From Enoplolaimus lenunculus (taxonomy: Eukaryota), in assembly GCA_030248215.1 (NCBI GenBank), contig JASANG010003092.1:620001-684000 (forward strand): DNA of 64,000 nt, read 5' to 3'. Below the pieces are notes generated by a model. The model searched no databases and had not been told where the DNA came from. It saw only the letters and a program-made list of their open reading frames with translations. The position numbers were made by a program, and so were the translations under genes. This document shows, piece after piece, positions 26,401 to 39,914 of the stretch; within the stretch, counting starts at the first letter, position 1; the number at the start of each line of letters is the position of its first letter.

Positions 26401-28035
26401 AATATTGCAACTAGAATAGTATAATAAGTACGTTGTTAAGTGTTAGAAATGCATCGGCGTGAGATGTTAAATTTTGTCACGTAAACACTATGGGTAGCTT
26501 AAGCCCCGAAGGAAGAATTGTAAGCTACGTTCTGATATTTGATTGTAATCTGGTGTTAGATTTTAATTCATTATCCGGTTCCGGCCGGATATTAGATTAT
26601 CCGGCTCCGGCTTCATCAGTTTTTGTATCCGGCTGCACCCTGGTATAAAAGCATACCGAAGCCTGAACCTAAACCTCAGCGTAAGCGTAAGAATAAGCCT
26701 ATGAATAAGCGTAAGCTTTAGCAAAATATTGATCGAAAGCTTAATCTTACTTTATTGCAGTCCATCATCTTATACATGAATCTATCGAGACCTCGCAGCA
26801 TTTAGCTAGCGACAGGTCGAAAATAGAAAATCAATATCGTCAACCTAACGCTGTATAATTTTACTTCGATTGCGGTTAAACTGTATCATTTACAGTTTAA
26901 TAAAATTCTACCTCTCGGGCCAGAGCGTCAAACTCTCTTATCTGCCGAACCGTGATGGTATAATGCCTGTTACCCAAGACACCCAAGTACTGCTTGCTTA
27001 TATTCACACTAGTTTTCATTAAGAAAATACCAAAACAACCGTACCTAAACCGACCTGAACATTGTGCAACAAATTTACCGTTTTACCCGTTCTAAATTCA
27101 CTTCCACGTCAGCGCCTCTGATTTTATGCAGTAGCGTACCTCCTAAAGTCTAATAATTTGAGGGGCGTAGCGAAGATTTCATTTCGGAAAGGTTCAGCCA
27201 TATTTAAATGTTCTTTCCGAGCCAGAGAAGAAATATTTGAACTCAAGGGTAAGGCAGGGTTTCTCAAAAACGTGCCCCTTTTCTTCTAGAAATTTCTATG
27301 GGACGATATATTCTCCTATCTTTTCCCTTGTATACAGCCGCCCTGCTTTCGGATGGATGTTTTCACTGAATCGTGTCTAATTCTTTCCGGTTGCAAGACT
27401 AAAAGTTCTAAAGTTCTTTCGAACGCATACACTACGACGCTTAAAAAAACTGTTCGCGAAAGATAATCAAATCACAACAACCAAAGCTTTAACTTCGTCT
27501 AAATATTAGCGTTTCTGCTACGTTTTTGTATAAAGTTTTCGACTTAAATTCAGCTTATATAAGCCTTGAGCGCTAAATGAAAACTAAATGGTAACTTTGC
27601 GCAGCGAACAATATTCGTGTTTGTTCAATATTGAACGCAGTTATAAATTCGTGTAGCTGTCGGCGCTGGATCAGCCACAAGACAAACAACGCATGTAAAA
27701 ATTGGGGCTCACCAAAATCCAAGCAGCCAGTGTCTGACCAAAATTATATTAAAGTAAAGCAAGAATTATTGTGCATTTCGCTTTCGTGAATAATGTTTTG
27801 TGTTTAGTTGAAAAGTTAATTCGCCCTTGAAGTATTGTTGAAATAGACAAGTTACTTTGTATCTTACCAATCTGCATAAGCAGAAAAGCTTGTTTTAGAA
27901 ACATGCTAATTTTTGTAATTAATTCAACAAAAATCTTTAGAACTGGTAACTGCCGCTGCATTTTTGTTCAAGAATTTATTCCTGTTGAAACTACGTGATC
28001 TGCACAATCAGTGTTCGATGTATTGCCAAGTTAAA

Positions 28036-28106
28036 GACCACGCCGGGAATCGAACCTTGGTCGTTTTGCACTCGAGTCAAGCATCCTACTACTACACCAT
28101 GCGGTC
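28036..28106 (-). pseudogene. tRNA-like pseudogene / Pol III head within a repeat
   Basis: 71 nt GACCGCATGGTGTAGTAG...GGTTCGATTCCCGGCGTGGTC; A- and B-boxes and acceptor stem present; anticodon and T stems mispaired. Confidence 0.7.
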
Positions 28107-28934
28107 ATTGCAACACGTTCTTAAATCTGTACATGTGCATATGTATAACAATCTTTTTGCTTTACATACACTTGCCGTGTGTATATACGGACAATGTCCA
28201 TATTCAAAAATAGCTATCGAGGTCTATAGTTGGCAATCTTTAAAACCACAAAATCGCAACGGTCTCTTTAAGGGATGCAAACACAATTAAAATTTCGACC
28301 TATGTTAATTTTAGGATCCTGGTCCCTGAGAGACCGCGGAATTCGGTACTTAGAGACTCAAAAGCTGAAGCTTAGGCTTAAGCGTAGCCGCCTTACGTTT
28401 AGAATTAGACTTATTTGCTTATGTTTAGGTTCAGAGGTAGGGTTGGTAGCCAGGTCCAAATGGTTAAGATAGGCCAAAATTCCTACGCCTAAGGTTCGTC
28501 GTGTTAAAATTTAGTATGATTATGATCATATTACCCGAAGCAAAAAAACTCGAGATATAAAATTAATTTCACACCCCAATGACGCGGATTATATATTGGT
28601 TGGGGTGTCAGCTGATTTCAGTGAAAAAGAAAACTTTAGATTAAGCATTGTCATTAATAATTTAATATAACTTACTGTATTTGCCTACGAATAATAAAAG
28701 TCGTACAACAAACCTACGCTGGTGCAGCTTTAGCTTCCATTCACATCCCTACTGGCTCCGGTATTTAATTCAATTGAATATCTCAAACCTCATTCAAAAC
28801 TTATATATTAATACTTTCAGCTTTATAATAAACATTACTAAATTACAAACCAGCTTATTGTTTAATCTTAGCAATATTTTGCTGAATAAATTTGTTTAAA
28901 TTTTTACTGAATAAATACTTTCGAGTCGTTTCAA

Positions 28935-30593
28935 ATGGCCGAACTTTTATCGAACCCTCCCACAGGGTCAGGTGTGGAAAATGCGGGCCAATTTGGCATA
29001 ATTGGCCCGATTGATTCAGATATAGTGATCACCGACGGCCGACACCGTATATCGTCCCTTCTCGGCCACACGATTAATTCTGTTGCCGCGGTTTGGAGTC
29101 GAATAGGTTACAACGATGATTCGAGACAAGAACGTTTGAACGCGTTGGTTGAAAGTTGTACGAATTGGGCAAGAAAAGCAATACAAGGTTCGAATGCTGC
29201 TATTGTTTATTTGCTTTTGTAGATGTAAAATTTTGTTCGCAATAAAAACGCTAATGGTTCATTTTTACTGACATTTTTCAATTGTAGTCACAAAGCCATT
29301 CAACCAGGGTCGTAATCAGTGGCGGACTCAGGACGGTGAGGGCGGTCGAGTCAATCCTTTTACGGAACCAACTTTATAGCAAAAAGTTTAAAATCAAAAA
29401 CCATTCATCCTGCAAAAAGAGCCTAATTCCACGAAATTTTTTGACAGTTTTTTGCAAAAGTAGCTATATACAACGCATATTTATGGAAATGAATGATACA
29501 ATCCATATCAATGGGGGAAAGCAACCAAGCGCTCCACAAGCCCCTATTTGTTACGTTTTTTGAATTCGTACCAGGGGCATAATCAGGATTTCATTTCAAG
29601 AGAGTATTAATGAAAATGTGTTGGCAAGCGAGCGCAGTTAACGAGAAAATTTTTTATTTATTTAGCAACCTGGTTTGTCAGTGTAATGCTTGTCAACTCT
29701 GTAAACTCTAAAACCATTAAAATAATAACGACAGAGCTCGTATTGTGGATAAAACTTCACGAGCGAAACTACCTTGACGCCGGACACATTTCAAAACTAC
29801 GCCGAGTTTTATGTGAACTTTGTATTGAGTGCGCGTATTGTGATACCAAGTATCGTTAGTTTCTGAAATCACAACGGCAAGGCAACTGATGATGTTAGGC
29901 AATATAATTAAATATTCCTATTACAACGCGTTTAAAAATTTATTTGAAGTTCAATTTGTTGTGTGGTTATCATTTAAGCCCCCCCCGCTTTTTGAAAATA
30001 CTGTGCCTGGTTAATTACGAAAACCATATAAAATATAAAGCTGAAAACTAAACAAAACAGTTTTTACACACAAATTTCTTTCGTGCCATTATTTTGGCCA
30101 GATATATACTCAGTACATCAACAAGGCTTAAAACCTGGAACCACACCAGTTGCCAGTCGAAACCATACCTCGCGAACCATGCGTTCAGTTGTGGAAATTT
30201 GAACACTATTCGACTCAGCTCAGCAAGGTTCGCATGAGAGTTTGCCGAAGCGCACAAGGACTGCCAAACGTTCTGAAAAATTGACAAAAGTGTTCTAAAA
30301 CTGTACAACCCAACCATTTTATTACGCAGTCATGGTGCAAATTGCATATCGGTAACGAAAGCGGTTATGCTAACGTTCTATACCGTATTTTAGACGAAGA
30401 AAGCATTGAGTGTCACTTGCATCAAAATGTGACTGCATTTAGCGCAGAAATCCACCAACTTTGCCTTGAACTTCAAGTCTCAGAACCTGACGAACTGAAA
30501 GGTCGATGTGACGCTTGTAGCCTTGACCAAAACAATAATAACAACAACAACGACGACGACAATAAAAAGAACAGTAAAAATGATGACAATTAC

Positions 30594-30655
<62 letters not shown>

Positions 30656-33600
30656 CACAAACAATACATCTTCTTCAAGTCTAAGCTTAATTGATCGTGA
30701 GCGAAAATTACACGATTGCGCTGTTACATTACGTCGCGAGCGGCAATCAAGGATTGATGAAATGGCTAATTTGGTTGTGCAACATAAAGCTATGTGCTAC
30801 CAGCTCGATACAGATGTAGTGTCGGTGGCAACCCGAAATTACGAGGTATTCAAAAATTCTGTTAGTAAATATTTCTTCTCCCCATCAGTATAAACTCTGC
30901 CCCACCTGTTTAAAAGGTTTATGATTATATGATCGGGTAAAATAAAAAGTGTTGTTTGCTTGCATTTTTGAGATCTAAAGTATAGGCCTTTGTATAGTGT
31001 ATCGGACGTTGTTGTCAGGGGCAGGGGTTTAATATCTCCATGTTTTTCACCTGTTTCACTTTAGCTTCGGTCGGATGAAACTATTTGCATCGTAAAATTT
31101 TGTTGAGCACGACGCTGCTGGCGGTGGGGACACATACACCCCCAGGACTATCTTGTAACGTATGAACCAGAGGCGCAGCAGTTTATTCAAAAATAAGGTC
31201 ATATACACATGGTGGGAGAAAACTCGAAAGCGAAGCGAGTGAAAAGCCAAATAAGCTTGATTAACGCAATGCTTATCATGACAGTGCATTGGTTTGGACA
31301 GGCCGGCCAGATGACGGGCAGCCCAGGTATCGGGACACAAAAGAAAAGGGTTGGACGGGGGCATTAGTGGTACTGATAGGAGTGAATGCAGGGATATATC
31401 ACCTAAAATTCGAGAAATATTAGAAAAGGTACTTTATAAGGTTGTAGAATAACCTAAAGTGGTTTAAACGTTTTCTCGCTCGCTACACTCGCTCACAAAA
31501 AATTTGTGACGTTATAATCACCTAACGAAACAAAATCGCGGCTACACAAGCCCCAGGTCACTGATTGTAACATTCCGAAATAAAAACAAATACACACGCA
31601 TATATCACGATGCGACCGGATACCGGAAAAATGCCGGAGACGGAGCCGGATCATATAATATCCGGCAGGAGTCGGATAGTTGATTCAAATCTAATACTAA
31701 CGGGCATCCAAATGGTTTACGTAACAAAAGTTTAACATCTCACCGCGATGAAATTTTAAGTTTTTTCGGTGATGACAAAAATTGACCGAGACTGAAACAT
31801 TTCATGACCGGTTTCGGGACTCGGTTTTTAACCAAGATCGCACATCCTTGCTTAGGAATGAGGTTTTATGTTCGCTTAGGCATGGGCCTAGTTTTAGACT
31901 TGAGGGACTCTATCCGCTTACGGACTCTTATTGGGGATACGGACTTCTCGTGATTGGGTCTCAAAATGAGGACTCCATCCTCATATTACTTCCTCTAATT
32001 CTGATCACTACAGCATATACACATTGCTTTCAGACTGCAATCCCGTCAAAATCGGACATTGAATCCTTACGAGAAACTGTCAAAGAGCAGTGTCAACTAG
32101 TCGCCGAACGGTCACAATATTTAGACGCAATGCGCAAAACTGTACGCGAACAATACGCTCGAATGAGGATTATACCAACTACAGAATTTGAACAGCAACT
32201 GCTTGACGAATCGTGTGATATTCCATTGAGTTTAGATACTATTCAAAAGTTGGGTTAGTTTTGGCAGTAAGCGTTGATCATGACTGCATGACAAGTGTAT
32301 GCAACTGGGTACATTTTTAATATTGTACTGAATTCAGACATAGTTTAGAAATTGATACAGTTTAGTTACCAAGAGTTGATAACGAGTCTAGGGCAAGAGT
32401 ATGCAACTGAGTACATTTTTAACATTCTGCCGACTGAGTTCAGACATCACACAATAGTGAGAACAAGTAGTAATACCCGCAGGGTTATTACTACTAGGAT
32501 AGATGATTCAGCAGGGGTCGATATCTTCCTGAACAACAGTATCCCCCCATCGTATGCTTTTTTTAATATTCTATTCAATTCTGACAGCGTTCATATCTTG
32601 TGTTAAGGTCTTTACCAACTATAGATAATACTCTTTGGATAAGAGTATAAAGCTTACGTTCAGCATTGCGCCAAGTTCAGACACTGAAAAATAATTCGGG
32701 TTCGTTTAGTCAGCAAGCGTACTCATAGTATACTTTATGCAGGGAAGCAAATAAACTGGTATCATTTCTGGCTTTCAGATTCACTCGAAGGACAGCTTGA
32801 ATCAAAACTGGTTCAATATTTGCTTCGTGTCCAAGACGAAATTCTAGAACGACGTTCAGAAATTCGGCAACTTTGGGACGATTGTTTTGTCAGCGACGCC
32901 GAACGCCGCGCATTCACTTGCATCGATGATCCGAATTTCAGCGAAGAACTGTTACTAAAACATCGGAGCGAAGTTGAAAGATTACAAGTAAGGTTTCACT
33001 CAATATTTTTATTACTTTCTTTTTTAAACTTTTATACCGCACGATATCAACCATTCAGTATCATTCTGTATGCAGGTATGCACAATTTGTGCTTAGTTTC
33101 CCCTTTCTCGTAGGATATACACGCACGTCGCCATCTCACCTTGCTAGAGGGGTGTTGAAAAAATTTCTGACGGGGCATACTACAGGTTTCGATGACTTAC
33201 TAGCAAAGTTGACGAATTTCTACTGGAAGGTTAAAATTTTTCCCAGTAGGCTGAGCCACATGTCTTCCTCTTGCGACGGGCTCGAGTAGTTATTGTACTT
33301 TATGCGGGAAGTTTAACTTTGCAGTTAAAATCTGGCTGACAAAGTTACCTAGTGTACGCAAGTTATTGTAAATTAGCTGTAATCACTAATCAGGCCAGTA
33401 GTCTGCTTAAACCAGAAAAAATTTCTTGGAGAAGCAGGCAAAAATTTCAGTTTTTGGAATGGCTGAATTCTTCTTCATGGCTTATTCTCTTCCCTGGCCG
33501 AACGTCCTTTGGCTGCGAGCGCGAATGTGAGAAAGAATTAATTTTGTTGTTGACAGTTTTTCGGTTGACAGAGTTGTCTACAAGTGAGTGTAAACTTTAA

Positions 33601-34108
33601 ATGCCGTCTTAGGTGAAGTATATTCGCTTAGGTCGACTACGATTCGAAATGTGAAATTTACGCGTTGCTAAAAGAATGGCGTTCACTGTTCGATCAAATC
33701 GCTTCATTTGATGCTCGAGCGAACGATCCAACCCGTTTTATCAACCGTGGTGGCTCACTTTTAAAAGAAGAAAAACAACGCAAAGCTGTCACCAAACGTC
33801 TGCCAGATGTTGAAGCGCAACTTGCAAAATCTGTTGCTCAATGGGAAGATTGTGAACAACAACAGGTGCTAATTTGTGGACGGCCATTTTTGGAGTATTT
33901 GACGTCAGAAAAGTTGAACTACGAATTGAGGAAAGAACAAGAAAAGATGACAAAGTTGGCATCGCGACGGTCGGATTCGTTTCATGTGGGAGGGACAGGC
34001 ACTGGAAGTGTGGGTGGCTGCGCGACAACGCTAATGACACCGGCACGAAATCATTCTACGAGTCGAATGAGTTTAGCGGGCGGCGGTGGTGCGGGCAAGA
34101 AGGCGTGA
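28935..34108 (+). CDS. PRC1: PRC1/Ase1/MAP65-family antiparallel microtubule crosslinker (SPD-1/Fascetto-like), 536 aa
   Basis: Exons 28935-29187, 30394-30845, 32034-32253, 32779-32987, 33632-34108; total 1611 nt, phases 1,0,1,0 consistent. Family signature DPTRFINRGGSLLKEEKQR; also IRQLWDDCFVSDAERRAF, FSEELLLKHRSEVERL and N-terminal VWSRIGY. Confidence 0.92.
30531..30665 (+). repeat. Coding (AAT)n/(AAC)n microsatellite, poly-Asn in PRC1 exon 2
   Basis: (AAT)20 at 30594-30653 within the open frame. Confidence 0.95.
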
Positions 34109-36709
34109 GGTTTGGATTACTCAACTTGGTACACTGGCGAATCCAGAGACGAAAGCGGCGCTGGCACACGTCTCGATCAGAACTTTTCTTGTAATTAACA
34201 GTGTCCGTACTTTATAAATTTTTACATTTATGCTACCAAAATAGCATTTGGTTTCTCGACGGCTTTCACGAGTTTTTATCACAATATTTTTCCCTCCGCC
34301 TCAAATTTACAGATCCGCCACTGATCCGATGGATTGCATTAAAACGTATAATGAAGTAAAAACTGTAGTTTTCGGAAGAAAAGATAAGCCATGGCATATA
34401 ATTTGTTGACTTACCAGGTGTGGCAGGTAAGTAGGCGTTTAGACCAGTTTTGAATGAACTCATGCACCTGTAGAGGCCCTAAAATTTGTCAGCAGAAGTA
34501 TGCTAAGATATTACGGTATTTAAAAGCGAGATTGATAATTGTCAACGGTGGTGCAAAATGTTTCTTGGGGGGTGACGGAGCGCACGCGTTGCTTCCCTAT
34601 GGCTACAGATATGTGTACTGTAGTATTGACATATCTTTCACAAACTTTTATTTTTAAGGATTAGTACAATATTTTGACTCTGTGTTTCGTCTGAAATTGT
34701 AATTGAAAAATCACTCAAATTCAGTATGTATTATGGTAGATTTGCGCTACTATATTATTGTGTAATTAATAGCTTTATTTTATGCAGGTTTAATTAAAAT
34801 TCCAAAATATCAAAAATTAATCTTTTGTCCCTTGTATAGAATAGGGCCGGAACAGTAGTATAGGTATATTTCTAAGCCGAAGCCTAAGCCTTACCCTAAG
34901 CGTAAAGTTGAGTATATTCCAAGCCTAAGCCTTAGCATAAGCCAAAGCAAAAAAGTTAGTTTAAAGCTTAAGCTGACTATCACAACGCCGCCGGATGTTT
35001 TTAATCTTTGCCCAATGTTTAAAGCGAACAAGCAAAGTTGAGTTGCCCAATAATGAACAGCTACCTACCAAGTAGCAAGCACAGATTTCATTGGACCCGT
35101 AGCCGTAGATGGCTCATGGGTGTGTAACTGCCCTAAAATTTTCTCTTTTTAAATAGTTTTAGCCTCGCTTGTTACTCATTTTCTGCCCCACGCGTTGTCT
35201 TTGGTTGAGAGACTGAATTTCATTTTCAAAGTTGTACAACAGCTATAAAACCAACTGGCATCAAGAAACGCTAGACTATAGCATGTCATGCCGATGTTAC
35301 TTTAAGGGGTGCAACAGTAGTATAAGCATACTTCTAAGCCTAAGCCTATCCTCAGCGTAATGATAACAATATAATTAGACTTAGGCATAAGTCTAAACCT
35401 AAGCAAATTGTCTAAAGCTTAAGCTGTACTTTACCAGAGACCCGCGGAAAAAGTTGCGCCACTCAAAATAACATGGACTGCATCACATACGTAGTCGGTA
35501 TTTCAGTTTGTCAATTTTAAATCAACAATGATTTTACATGTGGTAGAAATTGCAACGCGTTGTCCATACTTGTCTATAAACTAAGTTAAGATTTGAAAAA
35601 CAAGATACACATTCGGGTCCGTAGCCAAGGGAGGGGGGGCAGGGGGGCTCGCCCCTCAGAAAAAAATGAAAAAAAAACGTTCGCTCCTCTAGAAATTTTT
35701 CAACTTTGCTTGTAGGTCAACGAAAAGCCTTATATGACCCTCCTAAACATTTTTAGCTCCCTCTAGCTAGGTTAACTGGCTTCTGGCCTGTATACTACAT
35801 TGTGAATTTAACTCAATAACACACGCAGTTACTATAATGGGTAACTTGGGCAGTTTAATGGCACTTATTGGATTCGCTCTGATTACAATCAAAAACCATT
35901 TGCTCTTTATATTGTGCTTAAACTTTTGATTTTAACATTTAAACTAAAAATTGCATTGTTTCGTTGAATTTTTATTTAAAATGGTCCAGTATGTCTAAAT
36001 GGTTAAGCAATATCAAAATGTTCGGTTAGAAAAGATTTTTTTACTAAATTTGCCATTATTCAGACTCATTTTCTGAACATGACTAGACAGACGCCACGAG
36101 ACTTAGCCCAACTGGCTCATAGGCCCGTAGGCAGCTCGCCGTGATAGCGGGGGCTGAAAATTCTCGAGGAGGGGCATTCAAGGGTTTTCAATGAGCTGCA
36201 AGCATGGTTGAAAATTCTCTAGGGGGGCAAAATTTCCCTTGCCCCGGGCTTCCCTTAACTATTTCACGAAATTTGTTGCCAGCGGCGGATTAGAAACCTT
36301 ATCATTTTGTCACAAAAATGTCTGGAATTGCAAAAATCGAAACGCGTTTTTCAAAAGAGGTCGAAAACTTCACGATAAATCCGAAGACGAAACCGAAGGC
36401 GAAGCCAAATTTAGCCATAAAAATAATGTTGAAGTGGCAAGTGTTAAATCGTTTATAAGCATTTTTTGCGAAATATGCGGGATCAGAGCCATAAAGTTCG
36501 TCGGCCAGTGTTTACTTTTAGGGCCGTAACAGTAGTTTAGCGGATTCCTAAGCCTTAACCTAAGCCTACGCGTTGCAAAAGCGTATTCCCAAGACTAGGC
36601 CTAAGCCTAAGCCTAAGCAAAAAATGTAGTCTAGAATGTAAGCCTACTACTTTACAGACCTGCCAAAACGTCAATGACATTGACTTATCGGAGATTTTGA
36701 AAAAGCAAA

Positions 36710-36797
36710 GCCTCAGGCGGGAGTCGAACCCTGACCAAAAGATATTTAATCGGTGTCCCCGCAAATCAACTTGCCAACTGATTGTGCCACGGCACCG
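36710..36797 (-). pseudogene. Degenerate tRNA-derived sequence
   Basis: A-box-like TGGCACAATCAGTTGG and B-box GGTTCGACTCC on the minus strand; cloverleaf not intact. Confidence 0.45.
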
Positions 36798-38289
36798 CTT
36801 GCTATATTAAAATTCTGTATTTGCTCATACATACATAACTTGCTAACAGTAGATTAGGCGCATTTCTAAGCCTAAGCTTAAGCGTTGCAAAAGTGTGTTC
36901 CTAAGCCTAAGCCAATGCAAAAAGTGTAATCTTGACTCTAAACATACTGTTTTATAGACCCACCAGAAACTGGACGGCCCTAAAAGGGTCCTAACTTGTG
37001 TGAAATGGCACACATTGTCTTTGTTTTAAGTGTTTATGCAAACGTATACGTACTGAATATTAAATATGCAAATAATCCTTTCCTTTTAACACAAGGAGGT
37101 TAAAAATAGAAATTACAGATTCCAGTGGAATTTTGCTGTAAAACAGACGGAACTTTTCCGGTAAAACTAAAATTTCAGCTCCAACTTTTTTCACTAAGAA
37201 TCGTTAGAGCATATCCATTAACGATAGCTAAACCAAAAACCAAAAAATGCTACACGACAAAATATTCTAAGAAAAAAGGATTGTAAAATCTGTATCCCAG
37301 AAAATTTTCATTTTAAAACAGACGGCCTTCAGGCCGTCTCAAACAGATCACAGTTGTGCAAATATTTCGAAGTTGTTTTCTTAAGGTTTCTTTTACCTAT
37401 GAAGCCAAAAGAACCACATTAAAATATGAAATTTATACAGTGGCACAGCAGCTGGAAGGGGTGAGTAGTAGTCCCAACCCTTTTTTGAAGTAAAAAAAGT
37501 TTTGCACAACATAGAATGGAAAATGATAACAATTAGTGTAACTAGCGGCTTCACATAGCAGCTGTGAGTTCTTTTCGCCACAAAATTTGACCAATTTACA
37601 GCCAACCACACGTTCTCGTTGACAAAACTTGCACGCGTGAATTGGGCTTAAGACAATATATTATTTCAACCAAAAATTGTAGTTCCAAAGAGTTAGTTTT
37701 TGTTTTAATAAAACAGTTTGAGAGATGTGTTATAATAAAAATAAATAGGCAATTTAAAGCAATCGTTAAGATATTTTGAATGCGAGTTTGACTAAAATGG
37801 CAAGAAAGCGAAAAAAACTAACTTTTTAAAAATGTAGTGAAAATGTTTTTGGTTTTTTCTCTGCTGAGAAAATTGCTACTTTTATGTAATAGTTTTTCAC
37901 CGATTACAGATAAAGACTGTCAGTGGCGAATCCAGAAATTTCTGAAACGGGGCTGCGCAATGCATTAATGATGAAAAAAGGTTCGTGAACGAAGCGAACA
38001 TAACGCAAAACCCAAATTTGACTAGATTTTAGCTCAAAATAATTTGGTTTAGATCGCTGTTGAGGATCCCATACCTGGTCAGCGAACTTCCTTGGCGTCC
38101 GCCAGTTTAAGGACTCGTGTAAAGTTAACAAAAACTCTTCATACAAACGCGACACATCCCGTTTAAATTTTCATACTCGTGTTTTGTTTCAGGCTACATT
38201 TATATATTTCAAACCATTGCTAGTTTTCGAAGTTGTTCCAAAGGCTTAACCTGCAAAAAACAACGGACGCATCTTATACCAAGAGGGTA

Positions 38290-38497
38290 CACTGAAAAAA
38301 TGATGAGTCAAATTGACTCTCTCCGAAATAGGCTCTACGGGACTACACAAACTGAGTCATATTCGATTGCGCCAGAGTCAAACGTGCGACTCAGTGAGTC
38401 GAATTTGACTCTGACAAAATCCGATTTGACTCAGTTTGTGTAGTCCCGTAGAGTCTATTTCGGAGAGAGTCAATTAGACTCATTATTTTTTGCAGTG
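38290..38497. mobile_element. Palindromic CACTG-ended MITE (CACTA/EnSpm-like); partial second copy at 58428-58552
   Basis: Nearly full-length inverted repeat CACTGAAAAAATGATGAGTC...GACTCATTATTTTTTGCAGTG with repeated GAGTC/GACTC motifs. Confidence 0.75.
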
Positions 38498-39914
38498 TGC
38501 GCAGTCTGGCCTTATTATACCATCGTTGCCAATTTGCCAATTTTTTTTACAACTTATTAGTCATCATTATTTTACTAGACCTTACCAATTCAGGTTGCTT
38601 GGTACTTGATGCGTCGAATCTACGACAATTCGTCGCCAGGCACTTGTCGTCCAACAGTGTCCTAAAGCCTATGAATAAATCTCAGCATCATACTAAAAGC
38701 GTAATCATGAGCCTAAGCCTAAACTCAAGTATAATGATGTTAGACGAATTGACGATTGCATAAAATTTTGTATTACAAGTTGTCGGGCGACGAGTTGTCG
38801 GGTACTGGCGTTCGAACTGCCGTACATATCAATTTAATCAGCCAAAATTTTGCAATTTTGCTTCACTTTTAGCAAATATCACAATAACCACGTTCAGTCC
38901 ATACCAAGGTCCGTAGCCAGCTCACCTTGATAGGGAGGGTTATCAATTTTTCATAAGGGTCATACAAGGGTTTTCAATTACTTACAAGCAAGGTTAAAAA
39001 AATTTCCTTAGGGGACAAAATGTTTCCACGGGTGGGGGCTGGAGCCCTCATGGCTCACTTTGGCGAGAGGCCCGCTTATACCATTACACTACTAAACATT
39101 TTGATGTCATTCTAATTTATGGAATAAAATTAATTTTTTTGTCGCGCTTTAGTCTCAGTTTTAAGTAAATGTAACTACTTTTCTGCCAACAGGCTCATAA
39201 CTCGAATTTCAAATTGGTATCGGATCTGTGGTAATCGAAGCATTCTACAGTTTTGTTAATATGGGAATTTGGTATATTGCGATGACTTGAAAGGTCAAAA
39301 ATCCAAAATGTTTTTCTTTTGGTCTTAAATTCCGACAGGACTCGACACCCTTGCTAGACATTTTCCCTAATTACTCCGCCGGTAAATGCCACTTTTAATT
39401 TAAATCAATTACGCGGTTATCAACAAACATCTTACCGCATGTGCGCGACACTTGTAAAAAATGTCCTGTTATCTGATGATGTTAATAGTATAAAATATAT
39501 TTGCATTAGACGAATTTTTCGGTCAACGCCTATCAGTGGACGGATCCAGAAATTTTCAATTAATGAGGATAATTTTTGTGTTTTTAGATGACATTTTAAA
39601 ATACCTGATTAGCACACATTTCACGCTGGTACGCTCCAACCACAGGCTTAGGGTTTACAGGCTACGGCGGAGGTTTTGGAACAAGCTTAGCTACGACTAT
39701 GCCTAACCCTTTTCCTAAGCCTAAGCCTTAAGTTTAAATGTAGAAAACGAGTTCAAAAGGCGAATAATTTGCTGTTAGAAATTTAACTGTTGCCTTTTAG
39801 TATATAATTTACTGCTATTATTGTATTTACTAAAAAACCAAACGCTGGTGTAATTTGTAGTCTTTGAATCAATTTACCAACACAAGATTTTAACAGCTAT
39901 GAAACACCGAAACA

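Noticed and set aside
30439..30678. Poly-Tyr ORF on the minus strand
   Set aside because: Antisense reading of the PRC1 (AAT)n tract.
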